40,096 nucleotides of DNA from contig JASFIG010000003.1 in the NCBI GenBank assembly GCA_050122795.1, forward strand, positions 1 through 40,096. The letters are read 5' to 3'. The notes under the pieces were generated by a model. The model was not told the DNA's origin. It worked only from the letters and a program-made list of their open reading frames with translations, and did not search any database. The stretch is from Desulfobacterales bacterium. Its GTDB lineage: Bacteria; Desulfobacterota; Desulfobacteria; Desulfobacterales; JAHEIW01. Of the stretch, positions 35,196-40,096 are shown in pieces (position 1 is the first letter of the stretch; each line of letters opens with the position of its first letter). The translations under genes and the position numbers were made by a program.

Positions 35196-37649
35196 TCAAA
35201 TGGCTTTGGAAAGTGATCTTTCCAAATCATCAGAAGTGGTCGCATACATTTTCCAGGAATGGTGAAAGGCACCGTCAAAAAAGCGCTCTTCCATATATTG
35301 CCGTGCGGCCCGGCTCATCTCCCGGGCGGCGGTCGGATTGGCAATTAAAAAGTGCAAGGCATCCACAATGCTGTCGGCATCATCGCCTTTAATAGCGAGT
35401 CCTGTCTTGCCCGCAACTATATTCTCCTGTGGCCCCCCTCTATCTGTTACAATGACCGGTAAGCCGGAAGCCTGGGCTTCCAGTACCGCCCGTCCGAATG
35501 AGTCCGTAGTACTCGGGTAGATAAAGACATCACAGGAAGCGTAAACAGTGGGCAGATCATCTCCATTTAAATAGCCGGTGAAAAAGCAGGATGTACCCCT
35601 GAGCGCGGCTTGCATTTCAGCCAGATAAGGGCCGTCGCCGACAACAATTAGCTGCACATCTTTGCGTTGTTGATAAAGCATTTGATAGGCCCTGGACAGA
35701 ATGTGCAGGTTTTTCTCCTTGGAAACTCGACCCACGTAGAGCAATTTCAGACCCTCATCAACCGGAAAGCGCTTTTTTAAAAAGCCATTATTTTTGCTGG
35801 GATGAAATTTTTCAATGTCCACCCCGTGGGGCAAAAGATGTAGTTTTTCTGCAGCGATCCCGTTTCCCACCAACTCCTGATAGGCACTTTTCGAAGGCAC
35901 GTAGATCCGGCCCATTTGACTGTAAAACCATTTTGTGTATTTCCAGGCCAGCTCTTCCATCATAACATCACCGGTTAGAAATTGTGCATAGAGCGGCAAG
36001 GATGTCTGGTAGGTAGCGTTTATCGGAAGCTTTAACAACCGCGCAACGAGCAATGCCGCCAACCCAATCGGCCCCGGTGTAGCAGCATGTATCCGCGTAA
36101 AATTTTCCCTGTAGCAAAATTCAAGCATTTCCATCAATGGCGGATAAAACAATTTTGATTCCGGGTAGTCGGAAAAATCATATGCGCCGATAGGCGTAAA
36201 ATTCTGGATACCACTTCGGTCGGTACGATCTTCGCCATCGCAGGTCACTACGGTCAACCGCTGATTACATTTGATGGCTGATGCAACCTGTTGCTGCAGG
36301 GTGTCGGCCACATCATTGATACCGTAAAATGTATCTGTAAATACAGCAACATTTTCGCTAATGCCGACCTGGGCTTTCGGCATCCTTTGCCGCTGAAATC
36401 GTTTTTCAAGCCTGACTTGAAATTGCCGGTGCCTGTTATAATGGGCAAAAGCCACAAAATAGGGCGCCAGCAATGTGTAGAAACCGCCTGCGGATCCGAC
36501 CGTATGAAAGATGTTAAACAGGTTGGCACCTGAAAAATGATCGAAAAGATGATTGGCAAACTGCAACAGAACCCGATTGGATATTTCTTTAACAAACACA
36601 AACCATTGTTGTTCGATCTCCTGGCAATGGGCGCCGGCATTTACGGGGATCAAAAATAGTTGCGGATTTTCAGCATGAAGTTTGCTGGTTTCACGGCGCA
36701 AAAGTTCCATCATGGTATCCGGTGCACTGCCCGCAATTTTTTTCTGCCGCCGGTACTGGCGCAGGAAGTGCAGCTTCTTAAAAAAACCGGAATGCGCTTC
36801 TTGATCGCTTCGCAGGCAACGGTCAATAAATTTTAAGACACTGTCTGTAGGCGCATAATCTCCCAGACCGAGTTTATTACGATAAAATTGGTAGGCGATG
36901 CTGTATAAATTGCGCGCAAAGTTTAGGGGCGATGAGGGCTGACTGACAACGCTGGTTTGACCGTTGTCGATTCCTATCAAAAAAGTACCTATCGAGTCGG
37001 CCTGCGGGACTTCGGTAAAGGTCCGTGCGATATTGAGCGAGCTATGGTCATCTGAACCGCCGACCAGGTTTTTTTTCCAGGCCTCGGGCAGCGTTGGGAA
37101 AAGCCCATGCTTGTCTGCCAATCGGTATATTGCCTCTCGATTTAAATCAGATAAGGTCCGTTTAAGGCATTCATTGGATTCAGGATTGAAATCACCATTT
37201 AACTCAAAATTTTTAAACAGGAGCAGACATTTTTCAAAATGCTCAATCGTTAAGCGGTCATTGACCGCATACATTGGATGTGCCAGGGCGTGGCAGATGC
37301 GTTGTCGTTGAAGATAGTCAAGCAGCTCATATAGATTTTTGCGCAATTTTTGAATGTCTTCATGTTGACTTTCCGTAATCTGGTATACAAGCACATGCAA
37401 CTTGCATTGATCTTCGGGAAAATAAGATGTTACTTCTTCACTAAGAAATGTTCCCGGCAGATGCGCGATTTCCAAGACACCATCAATGCGATTATGATCG
37501 GTTATCGTAACCAGTGTCATTCCTCGATGGCGAGCGATGCGATAAAGATTTAGCGGTTCTGTGAAGCTTTCCGGACAACCGATTTTTTGCAAAAACCACT
37601 GCGACGGTCTCTGGGAGTACTTTGAATGGACATGCAAATCAGCGCGCAT
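35196..37649 (-). CDS. PHP-domain phosphoesterase fused to a GT4 glycosyltransferase
   Basis: DLHVHS, ITDHN, LAHP, GGSDDH (PHP); YVGRVSKEKN, VGDGP, DSFGRAVLEAQASGLPVI (GT4); AGGAG RBS. Confidence 0.88.
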   Translation of the reverse strand: MRADLHVHSKYSQRPSQWFLQKIGCPESFTEPLNLYRIARHRGMTLVTITDHNRIDGVLEIAHLPGTFLSEEVTSYFPEDQCKLHVLVYQITESQHEDIQKLRKNLYELLDYLQRQRICHALAHPMYAVNDRLTIEHFEKCLLLFKNFELNGDFNPESNECLKRTLSDLNREAIYRLADKHGLFPTLPEAWKKNLVGGSDDHSSLNIARTFTEVPQADSIGTFLIGIDNGQTSVVSQPSSPLNFARNLYSIAYQFYRNKLGLGDYAPTDSVLKFIDRCLRSDQEAHSGFFKKLHFLRQYRRQKKIAGSAPDTMMELLRRETSKLHAENPQLFLIPVNAGAHCQEIEQQWFVFVKEISNRVLLQFANHLFDHFSGANLFNIFHTVGSAGGFYTLLAPYFVAFAHYNRHRQFQVRLEKRFQRQRMPKAQVGISENVAVFTDTFYGINDVADTLQQQVASAIKCNQRLTVVTCDGEDRTDRSGIQNFTPIGAYDFSDYPESKLFYPPLMEMLEFCYRENFTRIHAATPGPIGLAALLVARLLKLPINATYQTSLPLYAQFLTGDVMMEELAWKYTKWFYSQMGRIYVPSKSAYQELVGNGIAAEKLHLLPHGVDIEKFHPSKNNGFLKKRFPVDEGLKLLYVGRVSKEKNLHILSRAYQMLYQQRKDVQLIVVGDGPYLAEMQAALRGTSCFFTGYLNGDDLPTVYASCDVFIYPSTTDSFGRAVLEAQASGLPVIVTDRGGPQENIVAGKTGLAIKGDDADSIVDALHFLIANPTAAREMSRAARQYMEERFFDGAFHHSWKMYATTSDDLERSLSKAI

Positions 37650-37704
37650 AGAGCTTTCTCCTCCTGTGATGGGGCTGAAATGTTTTTTAATGAAAACAAA
37701 ATGT

Positions 37705-37743
37705 TGTTAAGATAGTATTAAAATTGATTTAAAATTTGGTTAA
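37705..37743 (-). promoter_or_regulatory. Putative Pho box array upstream of PHP-GT4
   Basis: Minus strand TTAACC, TTAAAT, TTAATA, TTAACA at an exact 11-bp period. Confidence 0.7.
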
Positions 37744-37974
37744 TGCCTAACGCCCAACCTCGATTTTTGCGGTATTGCTGGTGGTAGTCATTATAAACTA
37801 ATGGAGGGTAGAGGTTTATCTGTGGTAGTTAATTCAGATATATGTACTGACATAAGTTGCGCATATCCGAACAAAAAAAATAAGATTACCAAAATGTCCT
37901 TGCCTATCATCAAAAAACTGGTTAGAATTTATTGTGGCCAAGGACTAGTGCAAATCAAAAAAAGGGATATCAAA

Positions 37975-38652
37975 ATGGAGAAGATGATCAGAAAGCAGTT
38001 TACAAAAGAGCTGGAAAATATCAAAAAGCGCATTCTGGCTCTGGGCGCCCTGGCGGAAGAGCGCGTCCAGATGGCCATCAAAGCAATTGATACTAATGAT
38101 TCCGATCTGGCGGAAAAAATAATTAAATCCGATTACGAAATTGATGAGATCGAAGTCGAAATCGAAGAGGAGTGCCTTAAGGTACTGGCGCTGCATCAAC
38201 CGGTGGCCATCGATTTGCGCTTTCTTGTTGCCGTCATTAAGATCAATGCCGAGCTGGAGCGCATCGGGGATCAAGCCGTCAATATTGCCGAACGCGTGGG
38301 GGTGACTGCTAAACGCGAACAGCTGGATTTTTACTTTGACTACGCCACTATGGGCGAAAAGGTCCAGGCCATGCTGAAAATGAGCCTGGATGCCCTTATC
38401 CGGCTCGATTATGACCTGGCCTTTAAGGTCGTGATGATGGATGATGAGGTCGACAAGATCAAAGAGGAGGCCTACGATAAGATAAAAAAAGAAATGGGTG
38501 CAAACCCCGACAAAATCGGATATCTGATTAATCTATTTTTGATATCCCGCCATCTCGAGCGCCTGGCGGACCATACCACCAACATCGCCGAGCAGGTCGT
38601 ATACCTGGTCGAAGGCGAAATCATCCGCCACGCACCCTATCCGCAAGACTGA
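37975..38652 (+). CDS. phoU: Phosphate signalling protein PhoU (full length)
   Basis: ALHQPVAIDLR, LERIGDQAVNIA, LERLADHTTNIAE; start moved to ATG 37975. Confidence 0.95.
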   Translation: MEKMIRKQFTKELENIKKRILALGALAEERVQMAIKAIDTNDSDLAEKIIKSDYEIDEIEVEIEEECLKVLALHQPVAIDLRFLVAVIKINAELERIGDQAVNIAERVGVTAKREQLDFYFDYATMGEKVQAMLKMSLDALIRLDYDLAFKVVMMDDEVDKIKEEAYDKIKKEMGANPDKIGYLINLFLISRHLERLADHTTNIAEQVVYLVEGEIIRHAPYPQD

Positions 38653-38718
38653 TTTCAACGCCAACACGCAATTACACCTAATGTGAATTCAAAATTTGCG
38701 TAATTGTTTGATTAAAAA

Positions 38719-39861
38719 TCATCTGATCGGTTTCAAGATATCGGCTATCCAATAAGGCATAAACCCATCCGTAAAGCAATAAGCCCCCTGCAGCGTTTTA
38801 TACAGAATCCCCTTTTTCAGAAGTGAATCGAGAGATGCTTTGATGGATGATGAGGGGCCGATGCCATGTGATAGCTGAAATTCCTTTGAAAACGGTTTGG
38901 CAGTCTGGTCCTTGCTTAAAGCAATCAGAAGAATCTTTTGGGATTGGGAGACCGAGCGCCAGAGCATTTCATAATGGGGTGAATCCTGCCGGGCAACCAT
39001 CAGCGGCAGTTTTTCAATCAATGCCGGCTCAATGACTTTTGTCTCCATGGCCGCATCCCACATGACATTGCACAGGCGCTGGATATTGTAAGGAACATCA
39101 TTTCCAATTTCAAAAATTGGCTCCAAATCGCTCTTATTGACAATGTAATCGCCCTTTTTCAGCCACTTCTGAATAAAACCGGCGTAGGTTTTTCGCGCAA
39201 TCGGCTCCAACTCCATGATGCGCCCCAATTTATAGAAGGCTCGCGCCCGGTCACGAGCCATTGCAAGCATGACCGACTGCTCGGAACCGGAGAAAATATA
39301 ACCGACATGGGTCTGTTTCTGTATTTCAGAACGTAATGCTTTTTCGATTGTGAGGCCATTGAATTTTTCAAGATCGGAAAATTCATCAATGATGATCACC
39401 AGCTTTTTCTTCTTTCTGGCAGCCAGCTTTCCAGCGTGACGCAGGCCTTCCAGTAAAGCTTCAAGTGCATCTTTCTCAGCAACCGCAAGTTCTAATCCCG
39501 CGGTTATATTTCCAGTTTGATCCAGGCTTACTTTGGGTCGCAGCATTTGAAATCCTGCGAACATCTTGAGAAGCTTGTCTTTGTTTGTTTCCAGGGCGTT
39601 GGCCGTAAAACCGGTCACGGCCGTCGCAAAGCTTTTAAGATCTGGAAATGCATTCAGATCGATGTAGACACTGGCCACGGCCTCCCGTTTAAGCATTTCG
39701 CTGAGATTGAGCAGCAAGCAGGTTTTTCCGAAGCGCCGGGGAGACACCAAAAAGACCTTGTTCAAGCTTAACATCTCGCGCTTGAGTTCTTTCATCTCGC
39801 TTCTGCGGTCCGCAAAGTAAGGACCGCGAACGACACCGCCATATTTAAAAGGGTTTTCCAC
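38719..39861 (-). CDS. Archaeal-ATPase-like P-loop ATP-binding protein with probable C-terminal winged helix
   Basis: NPFKYG, FADR..E, SPRRFGKT (Walker A), IIIDEF (Walker B), FSGS. Confidence 0.85.
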   Translation of the reverse strand: MENPFKYGGVVRGPYFADRRSEMKELKREMLSLNKVFLVSPRRFGKTCLLLNLSEMLKREAVASVYIDLNAFPDLKSFATAVTGFTANALETNKDKLLKMFAGFQMLRPKVSLDQTGNITAGLELAVAEKDALEALLEGLRHAGKLAARKKKKLVIIIDEFSDLEKFNGLTIEKALRSEIQKQTHVGYIFSGSEQSVMLAMARDRARAFYKLGRIMELEPIARKTYAGFIQKWLKKGDYIVNKSDLEPIFEIGNDVPYNIQRLCNVMWDAAMETKVIEPALIEKLPLMVARQDSPHYEMLWRSVSQSQKILLIALSKDQTAKPFSKEFQLSHGIGPSSSIKASLDSLLKKGILYKTLQGAYCFTDGFMPYWIADILKPIR

Positions 39862-40096
39862 GCACTCTCTCTATACGTTAATTACGGTTCGTTTATTACG
39901 ATTCGTAAAAAACATATCATCAACATTAATTTTGGTCAAGGATAGAATTAAAGGCGGGGTCAGATCTTTACGGATTGTTGCTTGAATCGCTTTTTTTGTG
40001 AGCATAATCTAAACTGGGTCTAATTGCCGCTCAAGCCGATGATCTCAGTAGAATGAGGGCAAAATTTTCTTCCACAGTGCGACAAAATCCAGCGAT

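Noticed and set aside
37801-37974. N-terminal extensions in the ORF track (phoU, pstS, rsfS, rhodanese, both ArsR genes, tfoX, PilZ)
   Set aside because: They run through promoter or intergenic DNA; downstream starts have better RBS and give family-typical lengths.

Overview
Bacterial chromosomal window. Gene content and intergenic repeats look like Desulfobacterota (Desulfobacterales-like); this is inference. The first region (1-6.5 kb) is a metal/redox/sulfur cluster: CDF transporter end, wrbA, pirin, rhodanese, MauE/DoxX protein, ArsR-rhodanese and a DsbD-like protein. It hides in-frame UGA codons at Cys-equivalent positions followed by SECIS-like hairpins. These give an unannotated 68-aa BFD-like 2Fe-2S selenoprotein (3309-3515) and a rhodanese-DsbD-thioredoxin fusion with two Sec (UxxxxU, 4414-6150). 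An adjacent thioredoxin-like gene appears to have lost its Sec codon (CGA) but kept a SECIS-like hairpin. The middle region (6.5-16.4 kb) has small accessory genes, an RHH-PilZ gene behind a variant c-di-GMP-I riboswitch, the rplU-rpmA-obgE-nadD-rsfS operon, and an SmtB-type repressor with a third selenoprotein, a DUF318/ArsP-type metal permease (U-S-C motif). The third region (16.5-38.7 kb) is a ~22-kb phosphate-starvation island: phoBR, pit/DUF47, orphan phnH, pstCA-S-B, truncated and full phoU, mgsA, PIN-PhoH, PAP2, two glycosyltransferases and a PEP-utilising dikinase-like enzyme. Nine of its upstream regions carry 11-bp-periodic TTAACA-like repeats, a candidate Gram-positive-style Pho box. 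REP pairs, a MITE and short-period repeats occupy intergenic spaces. No rRNA, tRNA or CRISPR was seen. All family assignments come from motif recognition by eye, not from database searches.
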